Below, in pieces: positions 12,298 to 25,000 of a DNA stretch of 64,000 bases (the stretch's first letter is position 1; the number at the start of each line of letters is the position of its first letter). The position numbers and the translations under genes are program-made. This DNA is from Spizellomyces punctatus DAOM BR117 (lineage: Eukaryota), in NCBI GenBank assembly GCA_000182565.2, contig KQ257452.1; one strand, given 5' to 3'. The notes beneath the pieces are model-generated. The model was not told where the DNA came from. It was given only the letters and a program-made list of their open reading frames with translations, and did not search any database.

Positions 12298-14766
12298 TCA
12301 TTCGACACCGTCCACAAGAGGAAGCCTCTTTCGCAATTTACCGTTTATTTCCGTAGGCGTCAAAGACTCCTCATCATCGTCATCATCGTGCTCATCATTC
12401 CTATCATACTCGTCTTGGTCCTCTCTCTCTTCCTCCTCATCACTCATAATAGGGGAAGCATCGGACCATGGAGAGGCAAGATGTGCCTCATGCGTCGCTT
12501 CCGGTTGAGGTTGAACAGAATTTTTGCGGCCAACCGGTCGGACTCTGGTTCCTGAAAGAGGATACCGTCCCCCACCTTTACCACTCTCGGTGACAAGTGG
12601 TTCCAAATTCGTATGAGATTTCTCCTTCTCGAGAGCACGAAGAACGGCTTGGTGGATTTCTTGTTCGGCGGGTTGGTCAACCGGTTGCAGCAGGGCCTCG
12701 GTCAAGGTTGCGGCGCGAGTAAGGGGCCGTGACGAAGCCATGAGAACTCTCTCAGCGCTCACGCGCCCATCCAGAACGATTTTCGAGCCAGTTTCATCGG
12801 GGCGACCTTGTCCCATTTCGAGAAGAGTCGATATTTGGGTCTCTGAGATCCAAGGTACCGTGCGGATAGGTGTAGAGTCGGCTTGGACGGTCGCAGACGT
12901 GTCCGACCATGTTTCGGCGTATTCGTGAAGGAGGCCGAGAATGGCAGGGTATACTGTCTTTTCGAGGCCTCGCGCCCACAGAAAGCATATGTGCTGGTGT
13001 ACGTGCGCACGGCTGGCGTGAGACAGCTTTCCAGGCGGACAGCAAACGGAAGATAAACCTTACCTCATACTCATCCACCTTCATACAATAGATGGGTGTC
13101 GCGGTCTCTTCCAATAACCAGTTCATATCCGCCAACGTATCCTTCCCTCCGTAAAACAATGCAATCGGCGTCTGAATATGCTCCGTCGGAAACTTTGGCA
13201 CAACATGGCCCGATGAAGAGTTGGGGAGTACAGTCGGACTTTCGTCGTACATTTGGAACCGTCCGTTCCGGATAATTTGGAACCAATGGACCTAGTATAC
13301 AAACATTAGCTCAACGCTTTATAGCATGTTGAAGAAATACCCAGAATAAATCTTACCACACACTTGACGGATGTGTAGGAGTACAAATGCTGATAACAAA
13401 CATTCTTATGATCAATCATTTCTGCATTCCACTTGAACAGAAACCGCACAGCGACATCAATCAACCACGCAAAACTGAGTGGTGTCAGAATGCTCTGCCA
13501 AAAGAGGGTAATAGACAACAGAGATTTACGACCAAAGAGAAGGAAAACAATTTCCGGGGAGATATTGAGCATAGTTCCTAGGACTTTGTTTTCGAGGCCC
13601 ATCGGCTTCGCGGCGGGTGCGAGAGCCACAAAGAGGTTGATACGTTTGTTCAGCTTGGAGTTGATGGAGAGGGATGAGAATCCCTGTGCTGTGCCTGTGA
13701 CCCAAATTGTGAGATCACACATGGCCCTTACATCTGAATCAAAGAGTCCTCGTCCTTACCTTGCGAAAAACCAATGTACGTGAGCGACGGGACACCCGTC
13801 ACTTTGAGAATATACTATAAGATCGCAAGCGTGTGAGACAAGCGATCAACCTGTTACCATCATGCGCCGGACTCACATCAACTGCATCCGGTAAATCATA
13901 TAAAGCCAAGTGATCCATCGAAAAGTCCCAAAATGCTTCTTCCGTGGGTTTCAAACTCCGATGTTTACAGCTATACTTGTTCCCTCGTGTATTCCCCAAC
14001 CATACATCATACCCCGCATCAGCCAAGGTAAAGGCAAGGGACAGCTTTGGATCAGGAGTGCACACCCAGACTTCAGAGCACATGAGAAACCCATGCCAGA
14101 GGAGGACGACAGGGCGGTTGTTGGTTGACTGTCGTGTTGGACGGGTGCCGGACCGACGGGCGAGGGCCTTTTCCCGCTTTCTGGATTCATGTTCGGCGCG
14201 AGAGGTGGGTATACGATGGAGGGCGAGGATATAGCCATCTTTGCTTGTCACATAGTGGTGTTGGAAAGGAAAGCCCCTGATGATGGAGAGAGTTAGTGAC
14301 CAGGTTTTGCGTCATCTGAATGCCCTGCGGTGGGCACCGCATGGCGACATGGCACGGGGTACATGCCAGGCCAGCCATACAGCACAGGTTAATCAACACA
14401 AAGCGCCAATCACTTTTGCAAAATATCTGCCTCTTCAAAAGTTCCTCACCAGCACTGCACCACCACGACCAGCTTCCCACACTCGTTCCATTCAGCCCAA
14501 ACTCACCAAAATCGTGCAAACTCTTCCGTCGAGTTCAAGGTCTCAAACACCTTTTCCGCCTTTTCATCCCCATTCTTCTGATCCTCTGACGCATCCTTGT
14601 CTTGTTTAAACATTTTCCTAATCCAGTCTACAATGTATCTCAACGGCCAAAAGACCGCGAATACAAATCTCAAAATCGGTTCGGTAATAAGAATGGTGAC
14701 TGCCAGAAAGAGCCGAAGGTAGTCTTGGATTCGCAGCCGTCCGAGGACGGGGATGTAGGAGAGCAT
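12298..14766 (-). CDS. AB-hydrolase acid lipase/steryl ester hydrolase (Tgl1/Yeh family) with N-terminal membrane anchor
   Basis: TSKDGYILALHRIP, VLLWHGFL, DVWLGNTRGNKYS, FWDFSMD, GFSQG nucleophile (spliced), ALAPA; acidic low-complexity tail. Confidence 0.88.
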
Positions 14767-15322
14767 ATTCCTTCGTCGCTTTATAAATGTAGATGACTTT
14801 CAGATGAGGTTTTCCGAGGCTTGTTGTCTTTTAACAGCTTTTGAAATAACGCGCATCATCATCATCAGCGCGTTCCTTTTGAATTTCACATGTTGGATAA
14901 AGGGATGATGACGTTAAAAAGGTCGAACGATCGCTAAAGTGTCGAGTTTATTGTTTTATTCAATCCAGAATCGTTACTTGCTCGTTTCCTTGGGGGGGAG
15001 ATTGCTTGAACTCTTTATTTGCAATAGTACGTACGATGTGCAGTCATTCCAACAGGATGTTTAAATAACCGTTTAGCCCCCATCCTTTTCATGATGATTG
15101 TTCCAAGAACCATTGTTGTTTTGGTTTTCTTGCAAGGAAATGCCTTCACTCCAATGCCCACCGCAGTCATCTCCTTTGAGTAAATTGCCCTTTTGGCAGA
15201 TCAAAAATTTCCATAATCCATCGCCAGTCAGCACACTTGAACAGGTCTTGGCATTTTGATGACTTTTTAAACGCCTCCAGATTCCCTTGTCCTTGTGCTT
15301 TCTTGAATTTTACTTTTGGAAC

Positions 15323-17218
15323 ATGGACATGGAAACAGAATATACCATCATCGAACCTTCGGATGAGACCGAGGTCGTTCTTGGCAGGACTGCTGAAGGA
15401 ACAGACATTTCAGTACAAGGAGATCCGTCGGTGTCACGTACGCCAAGAGAGAAAATGACCAATGTCTTTACGGGTTTGGTACGTTTCCTAGTGTTGCTTG
15501 TTTTCATGTAAACAGGCTCGCCTTACTTGTTGTGTGTCCAGCGTTTTCTGGTAGGCGTCGCATCAGCAGCGAGCGAAGTGGGCTTTGCAGCCGCCAAGCT
15601 CGGTACCAAATTCGGGATCGGTATCGCCCGCGGGATCGTCGACGGTGTCGGTGAAGCAACCGGTCTCGACGCTACAGGTGTCACACCCCTCGTCTCCAAT
15701 ACACTAGCCTTTGCAGAGTTTTGCGCCATAGCTGGCATAGAGACGGGTCGCTTCTGGACAAAATTTGGCATCTCCACTGCTGACAATAGCGTCAAGGCGC
15801 TCAACCATGTATTTGGATCCAGCGAAGTGGCAACAGCAATCCGACAATTTGCTGCATTGGTCAGAAGAGAAATGTCGGAAGGGGAGAATGGTTTGAGTTT
15901 GGCGGATATTGGTACCGTGGACACTGTGCGAGCTTTGATGGCGTGGGTATCTCTGCAATCCACCACTTCTCTCCTATGGGATTACGACGCAGTCAATTCA
16001 GGAAAGACCTTGGTGCTTGAGCAAGGTGGTCCCATAATAGAAGAACCTGATGAGCCGGTAGAATGGACTCATGTGGAGGGCGCCGCCGCGGTCGAGGGAA
16101 GTATTGGAACGCCTTCTGCGGACACATCCGAACCCAACCCAGCAGATACCGATACCACCCAAGAACTTGTTGCCGATCTTCGTCGCTACATAAAGTTTGC
16201 AACAGGAAGCTACGGGCGCAACTACATTGGCGCCCTCAATGGCCAAATACCCACATTTGGCTTTGCAGCCGATCCAGACCCCCGTCACGTTCCCGCATCT
16301 GCTGAACACCAGTTTTTCGCCTCACACACCGATACACCCCTCGAAGGAATATTTCATTCCACCCATGACACGGACGGCTTTGATGACATTTTCGCCAACC
16401 ACCAGACCTACAAACCCACTTTATACGTCATTGCTGACCACGCCGCGCACCAAATCATTGTCTCCATCCGCGGCACTCAATCCTTTCACGATGTCCTGGT
16501 GGATCTTACTTGCGAATACGACTTTTTTGACGACGAACAGGTGCATTCTGGCATGATGCGCGCCGCTCAAGCTTTGGCGGGGGTCAACCACGTTGCACGC
16601 GTCCGTGAATCCGTCCAGAGCCTCTTGGAACAACACCCGTCCTATTCCCTCCTTCTCACAGGTCACTCCCTGGGCGCCGGTCTGGCGACTTGCCTCGCAC
16701 TCGTGTGGACGGATCGCTCGACAGGTACAATCCCCTCTGAAAGCGGTCTCCCAGCCGGGCGCAATGTCCGTTGTTACGCCTTTGCGCCACCTTGCGTTGT
16801 GACACCCGCACTATCAGCTTCGTGCACGTCCTTTATTACGTCTTTTGTTTTTGGCACGGATTTAGTCTGTCGTCTCTCCCTCGGCTCTGTACGCGATCTT
16901 ACTCGCGTGGTAGCCTGGCTTCATACTCACCCATCCGAGCGGGACGATCTTCTCCAGCGCGTGGCATTTGCCCAGGGATCTGATAGTTTTGACAACGGAG
17001 GGGATATTGACCTCCGTCGCCGAATCGAACGGGAATGCATGGTGAATGATAAGTTGTACCCTGCTGGACGTATCGTATGGGTGCAGGAAACGGATGGCGT
17101 GCTAAAAGTCATTCAAGTGGAGAGACCGTCCAAGGCTTTAGGACAGATTCTGTTTACCAGAACGATGGCGAGAGATCATTTACCTAACGTCTATTCGAAT
17201 GTGGTTCAGAGATTGTAG
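15323..17218 (+). CDS. Class 3 lipase (diacylglycerol-lipase-like)
   Basis: VSIRGTQSFHDVLVDL, VHSGM, TGHSLGAG, YAFAPP, DLVCRLS, DHLP; one short intron near 15479-15535. Confidence 0.85.
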
Positions 17219-17534
17219 AAGTGTTGTTGGCTTTATTTTCGCTTTTGATATTCAGTTTTTTATATTAATGACTTTTATATAGTGAGCTCGTTTGTTGGCT
17301 TCATTTACGTAGTGTCCTTGCTTGTTGAGTTTTATTGGTTTTAGCTTCTTACTGTTGTAGTTTGCATGTACATGTTTTATCACGGTGAACACGTTACTGC
17401 TTATTCATGTATATATCGTTCCTGGCACACACATGGTGCATTCTCCGTGAAAATATAGAAAGATGTGCAGCAGATATATATATTCCTTTCTCATGCTGTA
17501 TTTACACGTGCTTGCACAATTCACAGACAAATAC

Positions 17535-19991
17535 TCACTTTCTTCCGGTATCACTCCTCCAAATCCTTTTCCACACCCACGGCATAACCAAGAATCCCAC
17601 CCCACTCCCAAACACCAACACAAATGTCACAAATCCCCTAGCAAATCCCCGTAAGGCTTTCATGGCGTCCTCCATCTCATCTGATAGGCCACGGACATTC
17701 CATCGAAGGTTGGATACATCTCGACCCAGGATGGTCACCTGGCTCCCAATCCAGAGGAGATAGATGATGCCAAGGAGGGGAACTGAGATTTTAAGGACTT
17801 CCTTGCCAAGTGTGATAAGATGTCTGTAGGCGTGGGTGAGGAGTGTCCCTGTTAGATGGGTAAGGCGCACACCCATCGTCCACAAGGTGTGCCGCCACTG
17901 AATCGCAACACCAAGACTTAAAAGTCCTCCTCCGGCAAGGAATGCAGTTTTGTACGCATTCCACAAGGGTTGGATGACCTCCAGTGCAATTTGGAACGGG
18001 TTGGGACAAGTCGCGTGGGTGAGAAGGATCTGGTGTACAGCGGTATCAATCTCCATATTTCGTTCGTGGGCAGATCCGGAGCCGGCTCCAACGATATGGT
18101 GCATAATATCGTGGTCGTAAGAAGATGGAAAGTGTTTAATCATGGGTTTAATGATTTTGTCGCGCTCCATCTTGATGCGCTTGTGAAGTGCTTCTTTCAG
18201 AGACGTTGTGAACCACCATTTACATATACGGTCCGGGGTATCCCGCAAGCCTAGAAGCCAGTCCATGACTTCATCGTGAGCTGCGTCCCCCTTGGCTTTG
18301 ATTTCAGTCTCGGCCCAAGTGATGTAAACATTTTCCCACTGCTCCACGCGATTGGCGAGTTCTTTTTCTAGAAAGGCAATCACCATGACTCCCCGAGGAT
18401 CTTCCCCCAGGTTTTTGACGCTTGCTTTCATTTTAGCCATTTCAACGTCGGCAAGGGCCTGAAGTTTTTTTGTGAATGTGGCAAAGTCTCCTTGCATAGT
18501 GATGGGAAGTTTGGCAGCGGCAGCATCGAAAGCACGTAGGAGGCGCTTGGCTTCGTGCTCCAGTTTAAGTTGAACGGCCCGGGCCCAGTTTGTGTGTTCA
18601 GGGATTTGTATGGGAGCTTCCTTATCCCAGAGGGTGATGAGCTTGACGAGCTCGGCTCCACTCAGATTCCGACCGTTGAGTCGTTTGGGCGCAATATGGG
18701 TGCTGACGGAATGATGCAGTGATGTGACATCCTTTCGATATTCCTATTCGGCGCAATGCCTTGTCAGAACAGGAGGAGGTTAACGTGCTGACATGCGGAC
18801 TACCTACCTCTTTAAAGTCCGCCCACCCAATCTCATCACCATCACCAGCCATCTTGGCGTCATCATCGCTGGGTCTCACGATCGGAACGAGTTCAATAGT
18901 GCCAAACTATGTAACAGGTCAATACCACCGGCCACCGTATACAGATTCAAAACATATTCACAAGTCCTACCTGTTGCTGCAAGAACCTGACATCCACATT
19001 AGCATCCTCCAAAAAGGTATCCTTTGTAATCAACTGATCCAGAAACTCTTTCGCAGTCCATCCTGCCTTACGTAGCGCATATTTGTTAAAATTCTGGACG
19101 GCCCAGTGGAGGTTGGGTGGATCCAGGTGCTCTGGGATGGCAATAAGGTCATGCTCCTCGCCAGGAACCGTAAGCGGTAGCGTGTTGTTTGAATCCACGG
19201 TAGCGGCAGCAACGTCCATCATGAACAGGCGAGAGAACGCTATATTTGGCACAGTAGAGTGAGACCCTGTCGGAAGTTTAGCTTCTGATTTGATTGACTC
19301 ACCCACAAGTGCCTTCAAGTTTCGTACATCAGCGGCATCCACCGGTGCCCACGTATTATATAGCACCGCGCTGGCAAGCATGGAGGCATGTACAAACAAT
19401 TCGACCTCGTACGCAATAGTTTGAACGGACTCTACTCCGTGCAACCCCTCACTATCAATCAAATACGTTGGAACCCCACCCATAGTGATAGGTTTTGGCC
19501 AGATCCATAAACCTGTCGGTCGGATGGTGTGTTGGAATATGTTGATAGATGGACGAATTGTTTTTTTTAGGACCTACCGTGCGTTTTGGATGCGACGCCG
19601 CCTCCAACCGGGAATGGGATTGCGGACTTTGTCACCCGCGTTGAAGCGTCGCTACCATTTTCAATGCGTACTATTTGGTTTAGCAACTACAAATAGACTA
19701 TGAGTTTGAACGAACACGCTGGAATGCAAATCCCTCTTGACCTACAAAAGACTTTCCCGTCCGCGTCGGTCCAACCGCGGAAACAATGGCAAAAGGCGCG
19801 TAGAGTGAACCCAAGAACGCCGATCCCTCTGGTGTGAGACGAAGTCGGGTGCCTGCTACCGTATCGCTATCGTCCTTTGTCCGGCTGAACAGGAGGATGG
19901 GTGTGTTTTCAACTGGCAAGTGCGGGGATTGGGCGCTAACGGCGAACGCGACGTAGAGGAGAAAGAGAAGGCGACAGTATGGGGATCGCAT
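17535..19991 (-). CDS. Guanylate-binding-protein/atlastin-class large GTPase with signal peptide and C-terminal hydrophobic helices
   Basis: Spliced: G1 VGPTRTGKSF/LLNQI, G2 FPVGGGVASKTHG/LWIW, G3 LIDSEG, G4 region LHWAVQNF, PKRLNGRNLSGAELV; joins in frame to ORF 17535-18497. Confidence 0.85.
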
Positions 19992-20294
19992 TGGCGAGGG
20001 CTTTCGTTTGCGTTGTGCGTGTGTGTAAGATGGTTTCCTTGATGGATGCCTTGCAGATGGCCTTTTTGACAGTCGAAGAGCGCGGAAAGCCCATTCGATA
20101 AGCCAATAATTAATTTCGCTTAGTCTTGCGTTTTGTCACCTTCTTTCCTCCTTCCTGCTTCAGTTGCCTTTTGTTTTTGTTTTTTTGTTGGCATTGGCAT
20201 CAAGATCTTTGAAAGAATACACAGCAAAAGCGATACAAGGTTCGCCAGATTGCTGTTCGAAAAAAGCCCGTAGCGACCCAGCGATACAGTTTCA

Positions 20295-21959
20295 ATGAAC
20301 CGACGCTCCTTTCAGGTAACACATCCCCCATCCCATTTCTTTTTTGACAACAGAAGGGAACATGCCCCCACAGTTATCCATACCCCCACTTTGACTCTTC
20401 CATGACAAACCTACCAAGTACGCTCGACCGCCACCGCACTTTGCACCACCCCCACGATCAACATCGTCTTCTTGGAATGGATACCGGAGAGGTTACGAAT
20501 ATGAGCCATTTCACGCCGACCGCAGTGAGGACTGGAGATCTGGTGAATATCATGATGGTGGTATAGGTCTGCAGGATAGAAGCAATGGGCCTTGGGACTT
20601 GCGCTCAAGGTAAGGAAAAGCAGTTTCTGGTTGATTGCACAGTGCACAGGCTTTACACGATGGTACAAGCAGTCACACGGAGCAACGATACGATCTTTAT
20701 CCTCGACGAGATCCCCAACCACCACCACCGCCAACACCGCCACCTCCAACACACGATGCAAGCCTTGAACCCATCATCGAGTCCTTTGTCACCCGTCCCC
20801 CCATTTCAAAAGCCGTTCAGTTCCTACAGGACGGGCTCCTCCCTGACGTCCCAGGAAACTACACCCTCCCCACCAACCTGGACCCACACAATCCATATAC
20901 GTATGAGCAGTTTTTAGATGGGTTGTCCGTGCTTGGGAACTATAGCTTTTTGGTGGATAAGTGCTCGTATGGCAAGAAGGAACGGGCGGGCCGCTTTGCG
21001 CGAAATGTCGAGGAAGAACCCGAAGAGGACTACTTTTCTTTGAGGTCTAGACAAAATGCTGATTATGCTCTTCGCTGGTATGTACTATTCTAGAAGCAGA
21101 ATCATGGGTGACCATGATACATTATTTAATAATCCATGTAGCGTCAAGGAAGGGATTGAAGCCTTCCAAGAAGGTGATTTCGAGCGAGCCCTGAAAAAAT
21201 ACCGACATGCTTTAGAGCAAGATGCGCGATGTGCAGAAGCATACGTTGCGCGTGGTGCCGTGTAAGTCTGACTCTTTGTGCGCATTCAAGCGCAGGCGTT
21301 TTATTGATTAGATATCCAGCCACGTAAAGCAAGAAAAATACACAAAAGCCATCGCCGACTTTGAACACGCCCTCAAGGTGGACCCACGACATGCAAACGC
21401 TGCCATCTATCTCGCAAAGACACGCAAGCGAGTCGCAGAGCTAGAACAAGAAAAACAAAGTGCCGCGAGGGGAGAGTTTCTAATGGTACGGTTCACGTTT
21501 CATTGCCGCCAATACTCTAATGGACTGGTCAGTTGAACAGCTGTTTTGAAAACATAGCCAGTAGATTACGATCCCAGACATCCAACGCATCCAGCAGCAC
21601 TCTCCAACAAACTCGCGCACGTTCGTTTCCGTTCCGCTGAGAGCTCAACAACGGAACTCATGACAGATCCAGATCCACCAGCTCCCGAACCCATCCATGA
21701 CCTGACAAAACGCCGTCTCGTCTCCCCACCACCCACCAAACGCGAAAAACGCTCCCCGCACAAAAAAGACAAGAAGAGAAAGAAAAAGAAACGGCGACGA
21801 CAGAGTGTGGAGAGTTTGAGTAGTAGTGCATCTGAGAGACATGGTCGTGATTATCGTGAAGCGAGTTTGGACAAGAGGGACAAGAGGCGAGCAAGTTATA
21901 CTTTTAGATCCCCGTCTCGTGACAAGAGTCGACGGTCAGGGTCACACCAACGACGATAA
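20295..21959 (+). CDS. TPR protein, TTC14-like, with basic/RS-rich tail
   Basis: LRSRQNADYALR.VKEGIEAFQEG...YRHALEQD..CAEAYVARGA...KAIADFEHALKVDPRHANAAIYL matches the TTC14 TPR block; KKDKKRKKKKRRR NLS-like run. Confidence 0.7.
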
Positions 21960-22052
21960 ATACAATGCAATCACAAACGCATCTTGTCATTTTTTTTGTT
22001 TGTCATATTATAGATAATGTTGCAAAGAAAAACAAAATTGAAAATATAATTT

Positions 22053-25000
22053 TTATACAGCACGTCCAAATTCCGTGTTCGCCAACCCACGACACTGCAA
22101 GCCAAACAACTTGACAGCATCTCGCGTACGTTTAATTAACCTTGACCTAAACCAGATAACATTCAACACCCAAAAAAACAAATAACCAATTATAAAACAA
22201 GTACATACCCAACAACAGCCTTGACAAACGTCTTCTTTTCTTCCTGACTGACACGAGGCGTCGGGAACCCCTCATGAGCCAAACACCCCAAAAGCCACGT
22301 CCGAGTCCGTTCAGGGTACTTTGTCACCAGTTTAAAAAGCACATCCGCAAGTTTTGGATCCAAAGACCGAGGTTGTTTTCCTGCAATGGCCTTTCACCAG
22401 AAAAACAAGAATATTACAACCCTTTCACTCATTCAAACAACAACAAAAAGACATACCTCAACTAACCCCACCACCCAAACCTCCCCAACACCCTCAACAA
22501 CTCGCCTCGTAACCCCAAACCCTTCATCATCATCCATCCCAATAAACACGACCAAAAAATCCAAAATGGCTGTAACGGCCAGCCGTTCTTGGATGACTAA
22601 ACCTCGAGGGACGAGTCCACCAAAGAGTGCGTGGAGGATATTGGGTGAGAGTTCATGGAGGGCCCATGGACATCGTATGGTATACTAGTAAACAAAAAAC
22701 TTGTTTAAAAAACAACGATCGGAAAAATGAATTGTTTTTTTTTGGTTGCTTTTTTTTTACCCGCTGCAACAACTCAAAATACGACGCAACAACATCCGGA
22801 TACATTTCCATTTGCTCCGTACTCTCCAACCACTGTATCGTCCGCCCAGTCACTTCCACAATCAGCCTCGTAAGTTCCTCTCGTTGCGGGATGGACGCTC
22901 TATCCGCGAGTCCATCGCCATAGGCACCTGCGGTTGCGGCTGCGGTGTTGAGGAGGCAGGCGTGGGGATGGTGGGCGTAGAGGTGGGTGATGAGGGTGAT
23001 GAGGGCTGGGAGATTGGGTGTAAAGATGGGGAGAGTGTTTCGGAGGGTTTCGTTGATAAAACTGCAGAGGGACTGGTTGCATACAAAATGTAGGTGAACA
23101 TACTTTTATTGTTGTCGTTAGAGGGATGAATAGAGGACAAACCTGCATGACATGTTCATCTGCACCAAAAAGCGTACAAATCCGTTGCGTAACGTCCCAT
23201 ATGACTGCTGCGACTGATTGTTGTTGCGGGTCACTGCTTCCAGCTGCAGGGGGTGCCAACCCCGTGAGTGACTCTGTCGAGCTATCAGCATCGGATTCAG
23301 GGTGTTGGATGCCCTGACAACAGGCTTTGAGGTACCCCAATTGATTAAGGACAGTTTCCTTGGTTTGATCCGCGTCCTTGAATCATGTGTGAGATAAAAC
23401 ATACAAGGTAGGCATGTCATATAGAGACTTGCCTGTTGGACAGTATCTAGCGCACATGTGATATCACGGACAATGCCACTCAAGACCGTCAAGAGTCTTG
23501 GAAGGAGTAAGGCGTACGGCATGCATTGAATAACATTCGTAACAGCTTTAACCAGCCGAGATTTTTCCAGTGGCTAAAAACCAAACAAAACAAAAGGTGT
23601 GAGTAACAGTGTGAGCGTAAAAATCCCAACATGTAATACCTGCAAAGAAGGCCCAACTTGGATCCACAAGTTCACAAGCACATCCGCTCCATCCACCAAA
23701 TCATTTCGACAGACATCACAGACATTTAATAACCCATCTGCCGCAGCAGTAGACACTTTTCGGGACTGAATCGACGCAATCAGAAAATGGAGTGCTGGCG
23801 GCAAATGCGCTGTATTGGCATGTAACCATTCCGCATACGATCCTATAGGAAACAATGAGTATGCTTTGTAGATTGCAATTACCGAGAACGCTCATACCAA
23901 TCAACCGACACGTTGTCATCTTGACTCGCACCAGCGCATCAGGAGGGGACGCAGCAATTCGTCCCAACTCTGCAAATAATCGAGGCAAATAAATCGTTTC
24001 CGAAGACGAAACGGAATCGCTGATGGATTTGATGGCAAATAAGGTGGATTCCAGTACCTATTCACGCACACAAACACTGTAAGCTGCTATACGTATATAT
24101 GGCATTGCTTCTGCATTTATATATGTACCAACCTGCCAGTCCTCTTGGCCCGTTTGAATATCATCCAGGCTGCTAATGGCGAGTGGAACCAGGTACGCCA
24201 ACATATCATCGCGGAGGACGTAATGGCACGACAAGAGCGTATCAGCACAGTCACGTCGATAAACCGAAAACCGATCACAAACATCTAGAATTGAAAAAAA
24301 ACAAAATTAAGAAAAAATCTCAATACACGAATTCAACACTTGACTCACCTGCCGCCCACGTATTCCAAATCGTATCAGGCGGTACACCAATCTTGGAGCA
24401 AACCACCTTGACCAACCGCGCAAACACATTTTTCGCAACCCCCATTTTGGCTACCTTGGCATCATCATGATTGGCAGGTACGATTGTAATGACCCCAATC
24501 TGATCCGAATCGACTTGAGTGACGGTTCCGGAGCGAAATATGGGACGACCTGTGATGGGGTCCGTGGAGATATCTGCAGAGGTTTCGGAGAGAACACCCG
24601 TATCGTCGAGTTCTTCTTGTAATAGAGCCCAAAACGTCAATGGAAGCTCACTGTTTCAATGAGTACTTTTAGGAACGTTGTACAACACATGCAAGATACG
24701 TACGTGAGTTCTTGTTCAGCGGCAAAGTACCCCGGAAACCCCGTACATCCCAACATCATATCCAGATAAACATGCACATCAGGTCGTAACAAATGTTTGA
24801 CAATAAACGAATAAAAATGTTCCCCAAATTCTGTCATGAGACGACACATATTTCGCGCTACATCTTCATCCTGCTCTAATCCACCTCGTCAGCGTGCCTT
24901 ATCCCGTGAGTAGAAACAAACCCCCACTCACCCTGTATTGCCCTCGCCAATTCATCTCGGACCCACGCACTCGTCAGTACACTCAGGACCGTTTCCGAAA

